Origin: a virus
DNA: 41,592 nt
Direction: 5' to 3' (one strand)
Virus record (IMG/VR): IMGVR_UViG_3300016667_000726
Location: 82,083 to 123,674 of that record
The position numbers were made by a program, and so were the translations under genes. Of this stretch, positions 1-9,429 are shown piece after piece (within the stretch, counting starts at the first letter, position 1; every line of letters starts with the position of its first letter). The notes below the pieces were generated by a model that was given only the letters and a program-made list of their open reading frames with translations, made no database searches and was not told the DNA's origin.

Positions 1-1146
1 GCCTCGCTGGGAGCCGGGCTTGGGCTGCGGCATCTGCGCCATAGAGCAGAGAAGAAGGCCGGTATGCCTTTCCCGGAGCAGGATCGCCCCGAGAAGGTCA
101 AAGAGATCTACCGCGCACTCAAGCGTGAGCATCCTGAGATGCCCGCAGAGATGAAGGCGCGCATCGCCGCCCGACAGGGTAAGCGCGGTAAGCAACACCA
201 GGGTCCTCCGTACAAGGGTCCCATCCAGAAAGTTGCGTACGGAGGGAAGGAGCACAGGGGTCTTGCAGGAGTTACCGCCCATGGTGCGGGCGCTGGTGGC
301 GAGGCTCGGCAGCTAATTCAGCAGGGAGCCCTAGCAACGGATAAGGGTATCCGTCACCCATTCCTGCCGCACACAGATCCACTTCATGCCTTTGCGGGGT
401 CGCAGACCCGTGGACAGATCGGGAGAAATGTGGCAGAACGACACCAAGCGGCGGTCCACGATATTGCTCAATCTATTGCCGGGAGCGCCGGTAAGCAGGG
501 GCTAGTTGGGAGGCTAAAGTCCGGAACTCGCGGCGTTCGGGGATTGATGAACCTCGGAGATGTTCAGCATACGGTAGCGGACATTAGCGCTCACTACGAC
601 AAGCCCCGTGCAATGGGAGCTACCTCGCCACTGCGAGGTATTCTGCCCAAGACAGGCTATGGCGGCATCCTGACGGGAGCTCACGAGCACATTAACGTCG
701 AGAAACTAGTTGCCGGGGCTCCGGGCGCAATCGCGGAGATCGACAAGCTAAACCCGTCAGCCAGTCATCTTGATCGCCAGGCAGTTGCCCGCTCTAGGGC
801 TCTGGGATCTACGGCCAAGAAGCAAGTGGTCAAGAAGCTAGTTTCCGAGCATGGAATGCACCCCGAGGAGGCTGCTCGGCATGCACAAGACTTCTTTGCG
901 AGCCGATCTTTTAGCCCCGCATCCCAGCGACTTGGTCAGGTATCCAGGGACCTAAAATACGCAAAATCTGAGGTTGCGCGTGCAGCCGCAGTTCCGGGAA
1001 ACCTGCTAGCTCGAGCCAAGGGGGCGGTAGCCAACCCTGGCTCGGCGCTAGCCAGGCTCGCGGAAAAGGCACATGAGGTAGTTCCCTCTTCAAGAGGTAC
1101 TGGCGCCTCATTCCTTCGTGGACTTAGGACTCGGATTGCCGGGTAA
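1..1146 (+). CDS. Modular basic protein with K-x-A-delimited segments (5'-truncated; putative internal head/cargo protein)
   Basis: Frame 1 is open from base 1 (ASLGAGLGLRHLRHRAEKKAG-MPFPEQ...), so the ATG at 64 is probably internal. EKKAG and QKVAY flank a short basic module. Confidence 0.7.
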   Translation, partial: ASLGAGLGLRHLRHRAEKKAGMPFPEQDRPEKVKEIYRALKREHPEMPAEMKARIAARQGKRGKQHQGPPYKGPIQKVAYGGKEHRGLAGVTAHGAGAGGEARQLIQQGALATDKGIRHPFLPHTDPLHAFAGSQTRGQIGRNVAERHQAAVHDIAQSIAGSAGKQGLVGRLKSGTRGVRGLMNLGDVQHTVADISAHYDKPRAMGATSPLRGILPKTGYGGILTGAHEHINVEKLVAGAPGAIAEIDKLNPSASHLDRQAVARSRALGSTAKKQVVKKLVSEHGMHPEEAARHAQDFFASRSFSPASQRLGQVSRDLKYAKSEVARAAAVPGNLLARAKGAVANPGSALARLAEKAHEVVPSSRGTGASFLRGLRTRIAG

Positions 1147-1246
1147 ACACCCGAGATCCGAGATCAATCGCTAGGGAAAGGATGATTCCCGGAACCGCAA
1201 GGATTACCATTCCTACACTCTCAATCTTCTTGGACTTCAGACACAT
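1124..1246 (-). CDS. Small 40-aa putative membrane peptide (absent from ORF track)
   Basis: MCLKSKKIESVGMVILAVPGIILSLAIDLGSRVFTRQSES*; AGGAGG 4 nt before ATG; promoter-like motif directly upstream; one hydrophobic stretch. Confidence 0.6.
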   Translation of the reverse strand: MCLKSKKIESVGMVILAVPGIILSLAIDLGSRVFTRQSES

Positions 1247-1262
1247 CTTGCCTCCTACGTTA

Positions 1263-1293
1263 CTTATGACAGGAAGGAAGGAATAACTTCATG
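1263..1293 (-). promoter_or_regulatory. Putative phage promoter motif, copy 1
   Basis: Minus strand CATGAAGTTATTCCTTCCTTCCTGTCATAAG, followed by AGGAGG and an ATG. Confidence 0.55.
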
Positions 1294-1794
1294 ACTCCCC
1301 CCGACCTCGGCATTCTCCTAAACCTGCTCTCCCTCCTCAACGCGCAGTACAATCTGTACTACGCTGCGCACTGGAAGAGTAGCGGCCCTACGTTCAACGC
1401 GGACCACCAGCTCTTCTCCCGTCTCTACGAGGCGGTGCAGGGCGAGGCGGACACCATGGCCGAGAAGATCATCGGCTTCCATGGTGTTGCGGCACTTGAC
1501 CACGTTCAACTTGCGGCGTCGGTGGCAGGGTGGCTGAGTCAATGGAAGAATGCTGGGTCTGTGCTTGAGCAGGCGATTACGGCAGAGCATGCGCTTCAGC
1601 AGGCGCTTCAGCAGGCGGCGAGTCAGCTAGAATCTGCGGGGCAGTACTCTCTGGGTCTCCAGAACTTCCTGCCTGGAATTGCGGATACCCACGAAAGCCA
1701 CCTGTACCTCCTACAGCAGAGGATGTCCCCGACCCCAACCGATAAGGTGGCGAGTGTTGTCTCACTGAGGGATTTCCTAGCTGGGTCTCACTGA
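1291..1794 (+). CDS. dps: Dps/ferritin-like protein with C-terminal KVAS..SLRDFL tail
   Basis: Dps-type pattern AHW-x3-G-x2-F-x3-H-x-LF-x3-Y-x7-D-x2-AEK; helical 167-aa protein. Confidence 0.8.
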   Translation: MTPPDLGILLNLLSLLNAQYNLYYAAHWKSSGPTFNADHQLFSRLYEAVQGEADTMAEKIIGFHGVAALDHVQLAASVAGWLSQWKNAGSVLEQAITAEHALQQALQQAASQLESAGQYSLGLQNFLPGIADTHESHLYLLQQRMSPTPTDKVASVVSLRDFLAGSH

Positions 1795-1801
1795 GGTTGC
1801 G

Positions 1802-2218
1802 ATGAGCCACGCCAACAAAAGCCTTCGAGCTAGGGCGGATCAGATCCGGGAGCGTAGTCGTATTCACAAGGCCAGCCGGATTTTTTCTCATCCCGTTCCT
1901 GAGGCATCCTCCGGGTACGTTAAGAGGGCAGGTCTGTCCTCCGGGGCAATTGTGGGAGCAGTTGGCGGAGCCCACGGCGCTAACCGGGGCGGTGGAGGCC
2001 CCGGTAGTATGGTTGCTGGGGGGCTAGTAGGTACGCTTGTGGGAGACGCTGTCTATCACACCATATTTAAGGCGCTCTTGCAGAAGGCAGATCCCGAGAC
2101 CCAACGAGTGGCCTATCCTGTAGCGCTGATGGCGTCTGCTATTGCAGGTCAGGTGTCGGGTTTGATTACGAAGAACTGGCTACTTGGTGATTCCAAGAAG
2201 GAGAAGCATAATGCGTGA
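1802..2218 (+). CDS. Glycine-zipper membrane protein
   Basis: GAIVGAVGGAHG and AGGLVGTLVG repeats plus a third hydrophobic segment, after VKRAG. Confidence 0.65.
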   Translation: MSHANKSLRARADQIRERSRIHKASRIFSHPVPEASSGYVKRAGLSSGAIVGAVGGAHGANRGGGGPGSMVAGGLVGTLVGDAVYHTIFKALLQKADPETQRVAYPVALMASAIAGQVSGLITKNWLLGDSKKEKHNA

Positions 2219-3734
2219 CTCACTATGCTCAAAGCTCGCCGGCACTGTGCGCCGAGAGGACTTTGCCCCACTGGAGCATGCCTTCTCTGACTCCACGATT
2301 GCGTACCATGTCAAGCAGAGCTCTCTGGTCCTGGACCTACTCAGCGATGTGACATCACGCGGCCTTCCGTCTCGAGCTGAGATGGCGGATGCCATGATGA
2401 AGGCGGCATCCGCTCCGGACTACGATGTGGTCCAGATTCGGCCACACCGCTACGGCTACATCCTGAAGGTGTCGGCGGCTCCGCAGGGCATGGCCCCGCA
2501 GGAGCAGCAGATCACCCGCCAAGAAGCGCAGCAGGCGTTTCCTCCTGAGGCGCTACAGCAAGCTGATCAGCAAGGCGCAGCTACCCTAACGGGAGTTGAC
2601 GCCCCCGCTGTCGATCCTCTCGCCGAGAAGCCTGAGCCCGTGAATAAGTCGGGCTTGTACAAGGTCTTTGAGGCGGGAACCGGTAAGCAGTTTGTGGGCT
2701 ACGTGATCCCCGGCCTGTTTGATCCAATGGCCGGGGCTCAGACCCCAATGAACCTGTTTACCAACGGCAACCAGTACGCCATGACGCCCGAGCCTATGCT
2801 CGGAGTTCTGCTCGCGCAGGCTCCTAGCCTCCCATCCTCAGATGTGATTCGAGGGCTCGGCGTGTTCTACAAGACCGAGAACACCGCAATCATGGCCACG
2901 GTGCCATACACGGTACTCGGCCAGGTAACGACCCCTGCGGGGGAAACGTACTACTCCGCCAAGGACTCTGCGGGGCAGGACGTGCAGATCACGATTGGGC
3001 AGGGCCTAAAGCGCCCGGTCGCCTCTGGTCCGGGCCAGGTCATCATGCCTGACTCGTTCTCGTTCATGGCGCTCGACAACCCTATCCAGATTGGCGCGGG
3101 TCAGGCAGGTATCTCGGCGGGCGATCCGAATCAGCCAGCCAAGATGGCGAGCCACGACACGCTCATCCGCGTCCGCGCATGGGATGACGCCGTTGAACTT
3201 AGCGGCGGCGCGGTCGAGAAGATCGGCTCTGGCATGCACAGCCACGTCGACGCAGTATTCTGGATGGCTGCTACTGGGATCCCCCAGCAGGTCTCGGCCG
3301 AGATCATCAAGATCAGCTCCTCCAAGGGGCGTCCTGTTGAGCTGTTCGGAGTGCAGAAGCTTAGCTCTAAGAAGGATGAGCTAGATGCTGCGCGTACGAA
3401 GGTGGCAGCTGCGATGTCTGTGGAGGCCGATCTTCCTGCCCCGCAGAACCTGCTCATTGACGCAGTCATGCTGAGCAAGGAAGCCGACTCTGGAAACGTC
3501 TCCGCCAAGACGGTCGATGCGGTCCTCTCGTTGAACTTCATCAATCGGGAGAACATCGATACCTTCCTGGACAATCTTCCTCAGCTTGAGGATGCTGCCA
3601 GCAAGCTCGCAGAGCTCAACCTCGCTGTTGACCTCGGTCTGAGTGGTATTCCTGGGAACGTCGTCACCAGGGCAATGAGCAGCCTTGAGACTGTCATCGA
3701 TCGCCTTAATGGTCTGAAGCAGTACGAGGTGTGA
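2211..3734 (+). CDS. Hypothetical protein, probable virion/prohead component
   Basis: Long ORF; AAGGAG upstream favours the ATG at 2211; contains KLAG, KAAS, KMAS, KVAA, KEAD. Confidence 0.7.
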   Translation: MRDSLCSKLAGTVRREDFAPLEHAFSDSTIAYHVKQSSLVLDLLSDVTSRGLPSRAEMADAMMKAASAPDYDVVQIRPHRYGYILKVSAAPQGMAPQEQQITRQEAQQAFPPEALQQADQQGAATLTGVDAPAVDPLAEKPEPVNKSGLYKVFEAGTGKQFVGYVIPGLFDPMAGAQTPMNLFTNGNQYAMTPEPMLGVLLAQAPSLPSSDVIRGLGVFYKTENTAIMATVPYTVLGQVTTPAGETYYSAKDSAGQDVQITIGQGLKRPVASGPGQVIMPDSFSFMALDNPIQIGAGQAGISAGDPNQPAKMASHDTLIRVRAWDDAVELSGGAVEKIGSGMHSHVDAVFWMAATGIPQQVSAEIIKISSSKGRPVELFGVQKLSSKKDELDAARTKVAAAMSVEADLPAPQNLLIDAVMLSKEADSGNVSAKTVDAVLSLNFINRENIDTFLDNLPQLEDAASKLAELNLAVDLGLSGIPGNVVTRAMSSLETVIDRLNGLKQYEV

Positions 3735-3735
3735 G

Positions 3736-4662
3736 GTGGCTCGGGTCATCCTAGCCAAGCAAACTAAAGCCACCGCCGCAGATGAAGTCGATCGCCATCC
3801 GGCGTGGCACTTCATCCTGTACTTGCTTGTGGTCCTGGATGACCCTAGCCGAGACTCCGTCAATCTCAATCTCTCCGCGCACGGCCTCGCGAAGTGTTCC
3901 GAGATCTGCTACCAAACAGCGGCAACCGCTGTAGGTGCGTTTCCGGAGGACTTCTACCTTGGCAGCAGGACGCACAGGTCCTCAGCCCAGTATCTCCGGA
4001 AGCTAAGGATCTTCAGCCTCGTCCATCCTGATGAGGCGCAAGAAGAGATGCAGAAGAAGATCCTTGGGGATGCTAGCCTGCGCTCAAAGATCGATACGCT
4101 GCTCCTTGCGAAGGTGCCCTCGCGGGAGATGTCCTTCCGCCTACGCAAGGCAGGGGAGCCTCTCTCCGTCTTGGCTATTGAGGAGTACCGACACTACTTC
4201 TGGGATACGGCCTCTATGTCCCTTGAGGGATGGGCGGCCTACTTCGATGCGGACGCGGACGGAAGAACTGGGAGACTCGACACAGTATCCAAGCTCTCCT
4301 CTGCACTTGTCTGCGGCCCTACCGTTGCTCTTCAGAAGGTAGGTTTTGAGCAGGTCCTAGATCGCCAGAAGATCTTGGATGAGCTTCAGGCAGAGCTCTA
4401 CTCGACTTTCCAAGAGGTGAGGCAGCTACCTCTGTCGGAGAAGAAGGTTGAGATGCTTGGCAACGTAAGCCGTGCCCTTCTTAGAGTAGATGAGCGCCAA
4501 GCGGCTAGCGACACTGCTCTTCAGGACGTCCTACGTAGATTTGAACGCTTCAAGGTTAAGGGTGAGGGGGTCTCCGCCCCATCCCTGTTTGATCTAGCCC
4601 CTACAGGCTCGGTGAGTAATAAGAACCGCGAAGAGATCTTGTCATCAAGGGAGACTACATGA
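3736..4662 (+). CDS. Hypothetical phage protein
   Basis: 308-aa ORF abutting both neighbours; helical; no recognised family. Confidence 0.7.
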   Translation: MARVILAKQTKATAADEVDRHPAWHFILYLLVVLDDPSRDSVNLNLSAHGLAKCSEICYQTAATAVGAFPEDFYLGSRTHRSSAQYLRKLRIFSLVHPDEAQEEMQKKILGDASLRSKIDTLLLAKVPSREMSFRLRKAGEPLSVLAIEEYRHYFWDTASMSLEGWAAYFDADADGRTGRLDTVSKLSSALVCGPTVALQKVGFEQVLDRQKILDELQAELYSTFQEVRQLPLSEKKVEMLGNVSRALLRVDERQAASDTALQDVLRRFERFKVKGEGVSAPSLFDLAPTGSVSNKNREEILSSRETT

Positions 4663-5117
4663 GCGAACTGCTCTCCACGGTAGGGAATGCGCAGCGCGGG
4701 CAGGAACGGCAGGTTGCCACAAAGAGCGCCCCGGCGTGGTTCAATGCGGACTCGGTGTCGCTGCTACACCGCGCGTTGTCGCGCGCGGCAGAGACAGAGC
4801 AGGAGATCAGCCTCCCCTCCTCTCAACATCACCAGATGAAGAACTTTGAGGCGTACGTTACCGAGCGCGGAGAGAAGGATCTCATCATCCAGTTTGTCTC
4901 GCCCAAGTACAAGCATTTCCAGGAAGTCCTCCCGGAGATCGTGGAGGGCCACTTCGGGACAACTGAGGGCTTCAAGCTCCATGTAGAGCCGGAGATCAAG
5001 AGCTATGGTCTCTTGATGGAGGGTATCCGAGGTAAGCCCTCGTTCTCTCCGGAACACGTCATCACCAACTTCCTGGCCTTCGCGGACCAGACACTGTCGA
5101 TCCTTAGGGAGGCCTGA
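4659..5117 (+). CDS. Hypothetical protein
   Basis: ATGA overlap with upstream stop; GGGAG RBS. Confidence 0.7.
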   Translation: MSELLSTVGNAQRGQERQVATKSAPAWFNADSVSLLHRALSRAAETEQEISLPSSQHHQMKNFEAYVTERGEKDLIIQFVSPKYKHFQEVLPEIVEGHFGTTEGFKLHVEPEIKSYGLLMEGIRGKPSFSPEHVITNFLAFADQTLSILREA

Positions 5118-5908
5118 TGCCCATCCGCGCATACACGTTCAAGGATGAGAACTCCGTGGCCCGATTCCTGACGGAGCGCGGGATCTCCCATCATGAAGTC
5201 GGTGGCCCCTACTACAACATGAACGGTGCGCAGTACGTCCTTGTGGACGAGGGCATGCCGCAGAACCTGCCGCCCTCTGGCATCCCTGTCATTGGGATGT
5301 CCTACGGCGTATCTGACGGCGGAACTCCGAACCTCGCCGAGGTCACTAACGCGTACACTGCCGTGACTGCCGAGAATCTGGGTCCTGCTACGCTGACCTT
5401 CTCTGCGACACTGGCGAGCACCGTGGTCATTCCCTCCACGGTCATCGTGACCCTCACTGGATCTACGACTGTCCTAAAGGACAATGGTCGTGGCCGCCTA
5501 TTGAGCACCATCGACGCGTCCCCTCGCGGAACGATCAACTACTACACGGGCGCGATCTCGATCACGTTCTGGGGTCAGGACAACATCTCGGGCGATGTTG
5601 AGGTTGACTACCAGTACTCCGCGCTCCCCACTGCGACTGGTATCCCAGACAAGGTTGAGCTCGTGGGTCTGATGATCGACAGCGGTACCGCGTCTGCCAC
5701 GGTGACGGTCCAAATCTACAACGACAACTCCGGTCTGTCTCCGGCCTTCGCGGGTCAGGTTACCCTCGACACGGATGGCAAGGGCTTCCTGCCCCTGTCG
5801 GGTGCGATCTCCATCGCCCTCGATCCCACGACTCCGTCACGGTGGGTTCTGCTATCCGGCTCCGACAACTACGGAGTCTCCCTACAGTGGCGCCGCGCAG
5901 ATATCTAA
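5117..5908 (+). CDS. Putative virion structural protein (beta-rich)
   Basis: T/S/G/V-rich; GTINYYTGAISITF...VEVDY motif of the kind seen in phage baseplate and tail proteins. Confidence 0.55.
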   Translation: MPIRAYTFKDENSVARFLTERGISHHEVGGPYYNMNGAQYVLVDEGMPQNLPPSGIPVIGMSYGVSDGGTPNLAEVTNAYTAVTAENLGPATLTFSATLASTVVIPSTVIVTLTGSTTVLKDNGRGRLLSTIDASPRGTINYYTGAISITFWGQDNISGDVEVDYQYSALPTATGIPDKVELVGLMIDSGTASATVTVQIYNDNSGLSPAFAGQVTLDTDGKGFLPLSGAISIALDPTTPSRWVLLSGSDNYGVSLQWRRADI

Positions 5909-5923
5909 AGAAGACGCGAGCGA

Positions 5924-6580
5924 TTATGTGAGTCGCTCGCGCCTACCCTGTTTAGGGTCTCGTAGCCCAAGTGCCGTCTGGCAGGCCTTCACTCTATGGT
6001 GAGGGCCTATGCCATGTTGCCGTAGGCATTCGATGTGCTGCGTAGTGCCGTAGCCCTTGTGCTTCTCAAACAGGTACTGAGGGTACTCGCGCCCGAGTTC
6101 CTGCATGTACCAGTCGCGTGTGGTCTTCGCGACGATCGATGCCGCTGCCACGATGAAGTAGTCTCGGTCTGCCTTCGGTACGGCAACTTGTTCTACATCA
6201 TCCAGGGGTCCCGCAGGGAGAACATTCATCCCATCCAGAAGTACAAGGGATGGGCGCTCGCCGAGGCATATGTTGTCGGACACCTCGTTGAGCGCAAAGG
6301 TGAGGCTATTAACATGGCCATATTTGTTGAAGAGCTCCACATCTGCGTCCCCTAGGGCGATGTGTCCTCCAAAGTCCGAGACGTACTGGAGTAGGAGCTT
6401 GAGTGCCCTGGCGCGCTCATGCTCCGCCATCTGCTTCGAGTCTCGAACCTGCTTGATAGGCCACCAATCGCGTAGCTTATCAAGTCTCGTGCTGGGAACT
6501 TCAAGCGTGACCGCTCCAACTGTAAGCGGGCCTGCGATGGCCCCTAGTCCGGCCTCATCCACGCCCGTAACGAATGGCAT
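5924..6580 (-). CDS. rnhB: Ribonuclease HII
   Basis: GVDEAG-x-G-x-IAGP, RDSK, LLDG, KAD...VAAASIVAK-x2-RD, KGYGT-x2-H and HHR motifs. Confidence 0.95.
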   Translation of the reverse strand: MPFVTGVDEAGLGAIAGPLTVGAVTLEVPSTRLDKLRDWWPIKQVRDSKQMAEHERARALKLLLQYVSDFGGHIALGDADVELFNKYGHVNSLTFALNEVSDNICLGERPSLVLLDGMNVLPAGPLDDVEQVAVPKADRDYFIVAAASIVAKTTRDWYMQELGREYPQYLFEKHKGYGTTQHIECLRQHGIGPHHRVKACQTALGLRDPKQGRRERLT

Positions 6581-6882
6581 CAGTATGGCTCCTTGTCGCT
6601 TGGGCGCGACGGGTACTTGATGAGGATGCGGACCTTCATCACGTTCCGCTCGTAGTCAGTGCGCTGGTAGACGCAGTTATTTGCCTCCGCCCATCTCTTC
6701 ACAAAGTCCCTAGTGATGCTTCGGAAGGGCTCTTCCCACTTCTTCTTTTGCTGGGAGATACAAATGTGCCACCGGAGGGGGTCACCCCCATCCGGCAGCA
6801 CCTCCCAGCCGGTGAGTTGGTCATTCGCCCGAGCAAGAGCCCGGGTGCACGACTCAACCCACCGGAGGGCGGGCGGGCTCAC
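6580..6882 (-). CDS. Hypothetical protein
   Basis: Translationally coupled to rnhB and to the upstream gene. Confidence 0.6.
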   Translation of the reverse strand: MSPPALRWVESCTRALARANDQLTGWEVLPDGGDPLRWHICISQQKKKWEEPFRSITRDFVKRWAEANNCVYQRTDYERNVMKVRILIKYPSRPSDKEPY

Positions 6883-7538
6883 GTGGTTGCCTCAGCCTGA
6901 GAGGATGCGATCTCAACCGGGCGAGGCGCAGCCACCTGCCAGTAGCCGCCACGCCCAAACGGCGTGATGGTCACATACCCCGGAGGGTACATGTCCATCA
7001 GACGCCGGTGGGCAGCCTGGAGCTGAGGCTCAAGAGGTCCAGGCGTGGTCTCCCACTCCGCTCCTCCCTCGACCCGGCATATGTACTCTCGATTGTTGGG
7101 TGCGCGAACAACCAGAAAGGGGATCAACCGGGGCTTGCGGCGCCCAGACTTCGAGACGGGGACGAACCGTAGGAACTCGCCTACGATCTCCCCGCCGTAT
7201 TCGAAGTCCTCCGGGCAGTTCGTCTCGGCGACGAACTGCTCACCGGCCCGGTCCGGGGTCCCGTGCCACACCCGCATCTCTGCGGGGACTTCACACCAGT
7301 CCCCGGCGATGCGCCATTCACGCACCGCGTCCAGACCGGTGTCGAGGCCGAGCAGGCGAGACCCTGCCAAGGTACCCTCTCGGACCCGGCCATTATCGGC
7401 CCAGGCGAGGATCACGACCTCGCGCTGGATCGCGGGTAGGACTCCTCCTCCCAAGACCCTCCTCTCCGGGTCGTACCTGAGGTACGACCCCATGATTACC
7501 GCCTGCGGCGGGTTCTCAAACCGCTTGTTGTTGGACAT
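6879..7538 (-). CDS. Hypothetical protein
   Basis: AAGGAGGTG RBS before ATG; first gene of the three-gene minus-strand unit. Confidence 0.7.
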   Translation of the reverse strand: MSNNKRFENPPQAVIMGSYLRYDPERRVLGGGVLPAIQREVVILAWADNGRVREGTLAGSRLLGLDTGLDAVREWRIAGDWCEVPAEMRVWHGTPDRAGEQFVAETNCPEDFEYGGEIVGEFLRFVPVSKSGRRKPRLIPFLVVRAPNNREYICRVEGGAEWETTPGPLEPQLQAAHRRLMDMYPPGYVTITPFGRGGYWQVAAPRPVEIASSQAEATT

Positions 7539-7569
7539 TGCACCTCCTTACTGGTAGCTGTCCATAAGT

Positions 7570-7600
7570 CTTATGACAGAGGTATCCGTGAACATTGATG
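7570..7600 (-). promoter_or_regulatory. Putative phage promoter motif, copy 2
   Basis: Minus strand CATCAATGTTCACGGATACCTCTGTCATAAG, upstream of the unit ending in rnhB. Confidence 0.55.
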
Positions 7601-9369
7601 AGCTGCTTGGCCCGGTAGACTCTGAGAACAACGACGAGGCTCCGTGGTGGGACTGGGAGCGCCCCATCCCGGACGCGGAGATGTGGGAGGTCCAGAAGCA
7701 TCTAGAGGAGATGCGCGAAGTCTACGAGCTGCTGCCCACTGACTTCGTCTCCTCGATCATCCAGTTCCCAAACCCAAACACTCGGCTTCTGGAGCCGTTC
7801 GACTACGCGAGCCGCCCGTACATCCGGCGGATCCACAACACACAGTCGAAGAGGCTCTTGTTGATGACTGCGCGCCAGGTCGAGAAGTCGACTACGCTGG
7901 CCATCAAGTCATTCATCTATACATGCCTGATCCCGCACTTCAAGATCCTATACGTCTCACCGTCAAGCACTCAGACCAAGCAGTTCTCAAACGACCGCAT
8001 CAAGGAACTCCGGGAGACCTGCCCAGCTCTTAGAACGTGGTTCCCAGATCACATGGTCGACAACGTCTTTGAGAAGAAGGCGATCAACCGTAGCCAGATC
8101 ACGCTCCGGTATGCGTACCTCAATGCCGACCGGTGCCGTGGTTTGTCGGCCGACGCGATCTTCATCGACGAGTTTCAGGACATCCTACTCGACAACATTC
8201 CGGTCATTACCGAGGCGTCCTCGCACTCCCCGTACAAGTACCAAGTGTTCTCAGGCACCCCTAAGTCGGAGGACAATCCGATCCAGCAGTACTGGTCCTC
8301 GGCGTCTACGCAGAATGAGTGGGCAGTTCCCTGCGAGAGACATGGCCGTCCCGGCGATCCAGGTACATGGCACTGGAACATCCTGGATGAAGCCAACATC
8401 GGCACTGAGGGCATCATCTGTGATCGGTGCGGTAAGCCGATCAACCCCGTACATCCGAAGGCCACTTGGGTACGTACGGCTGGCCCGCTAACAGAGGGCT
8501 CTGTCTACGAGGGCTTCCGCATCCCACAGCTCATGGTCCCCTGGACGGACTGGCCCGAGCTCCTAGCCAAGTACCGGGACTTTCCTCGAGCGCAGTTCAT
8601 GAACGAAGTCTTGGGCCGCAGCTTTGACTCGGGACAGCGGCCCCTGACCCAACAAGAGCTCATGGATAACTGCGACCCAGAACTACGGATGACTGCGGAG
8701 GTCATCAAGGACATCCTCAAGAAGACGACCTCACCCATCTACGCGGGGATTGACTGGGGGCAGGACAGTACGAAGTCCTACACAATCCTGGTCCTCTGTA
8801 CGTATGTCGGCGGTAAGTTCACTGTCTTCTTCGCCCATCGGTTTGAGGGCGCAGAGATGGAGCCGCACATCCAGCTTGAGAAGATCAAGAAGTTCATCAA
8901 GCAGTTCAACGTGCGTCGCGTAGGGGTGGACTACGGTGGCGGCCACCATCCCAACTCGGAGCTACTGCGCGAGTTTGGTAAGGATAGGATCGCGCGCTTC
9001 CAGTACAGCAGCACCAGCTCCCTATGGAAGTACGACCACGAGCACGAGCGGTACAAGGTCCACAAGCACGAAGTACTCAGCATCGTGTTCAACGCAATCA
9101 AGTCCCGGAAGATCTTTCGGTTTCCCTGCTGGGATGACTGGAAATCTCCGTTTGGCACAGATCTTCTCGCAGTCTTCTCCGAGTACAATGAGCGCACTCG
9201 CCTAACAGAGTTCAAGAAGTCTCTGAACGCGACGGACGATACACTCCATGCGATTGTCTTTGCGTTCTTGGCTGCTTACCCAGAGAACCCAAGGCCGGAG
9301 CTAATCAAGCCTAGCTTGCGCGTTGATATGGCTAAGCAGGTTGAGCGCGAGATGTTTGACGGGGGTTGA
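7573..9369 (+). CDS. terL: Terminase large subunit (lambda GpA-like)
   Basis: Walker A-like ARQVEKST, RGLSADAIFIDEFQD Walker B, SGTP coupling motif, Cys/His zinc-binding insert, AGIDWG nuclease motif and C-terminal DD-x-LHA. Alternative GTG start at 7588. Confidence 0.92.
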   Translation: MTEVSVNIDELLGPVDSENNDEAPWWDWERPIPDAEMWEVQKHLEEMREVYELLPTDFVSSIIQFPNPNTRLLEPFDYASRPYIRRIHNTQSKRLLLMTARQVEKSTTLAIKSFIYTCLIPHFKILYVSPSSTQTKQFSNDRIKELRETCPALRTWFPDHMVDNVFEKKAINRSQITLRYAYLNADRCRGLSADAIFIDEFQDILLDNIPVITEASSHSPYKYQVFSGTPKSEDNPIQQYWSSASTQNEWAVPCERHGRPGDPGTWHWNILDEANIGTEGIICDRCGKPINPVHPKATWVRTAGPLTEGSVYEGFRIPQLMVPWTDWPELLAKYRDFPRAQFMNEVLGRSFDSGQRPLTQQELMDNCDPELRMTAEVIKDILKKTTSPIYAGIDWGQDSTKSYTILVLCTYVGGKFTVFFAHRFEGAEMEPHIQLEKIKKFIKQFNVRRVGVDYGGGHHPNSELLREFGKDRIARFQYSSTSSLWKYDHEHERYKVHKHEVLSIVFNAIKSRKIFRFPCWDDWKSPFGTDLLAVFSEYNERTRLTEFKKSLNATDDTLHAIVFAFLAAYPENPRPELIKPSLRVDMAKQVEREMFDGG

Positions 9370-9382
9370 GTGCTAAGAAGAA

Positions 9383-9425
9383 CCCCATCACTTGTTAGGT
9401 GATGGGGCCTCCCCTTTTGGGGAGG
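9383..9425. terminator. Double hairpin between convergent genes
   Basis: CCCCATCAC-ttgttag-GTGATGGGG directly followed by CCTCCCC-tttt-GGGGAGG. Confidence 0.65.
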
Positions 9426-9429
9426 AGGA

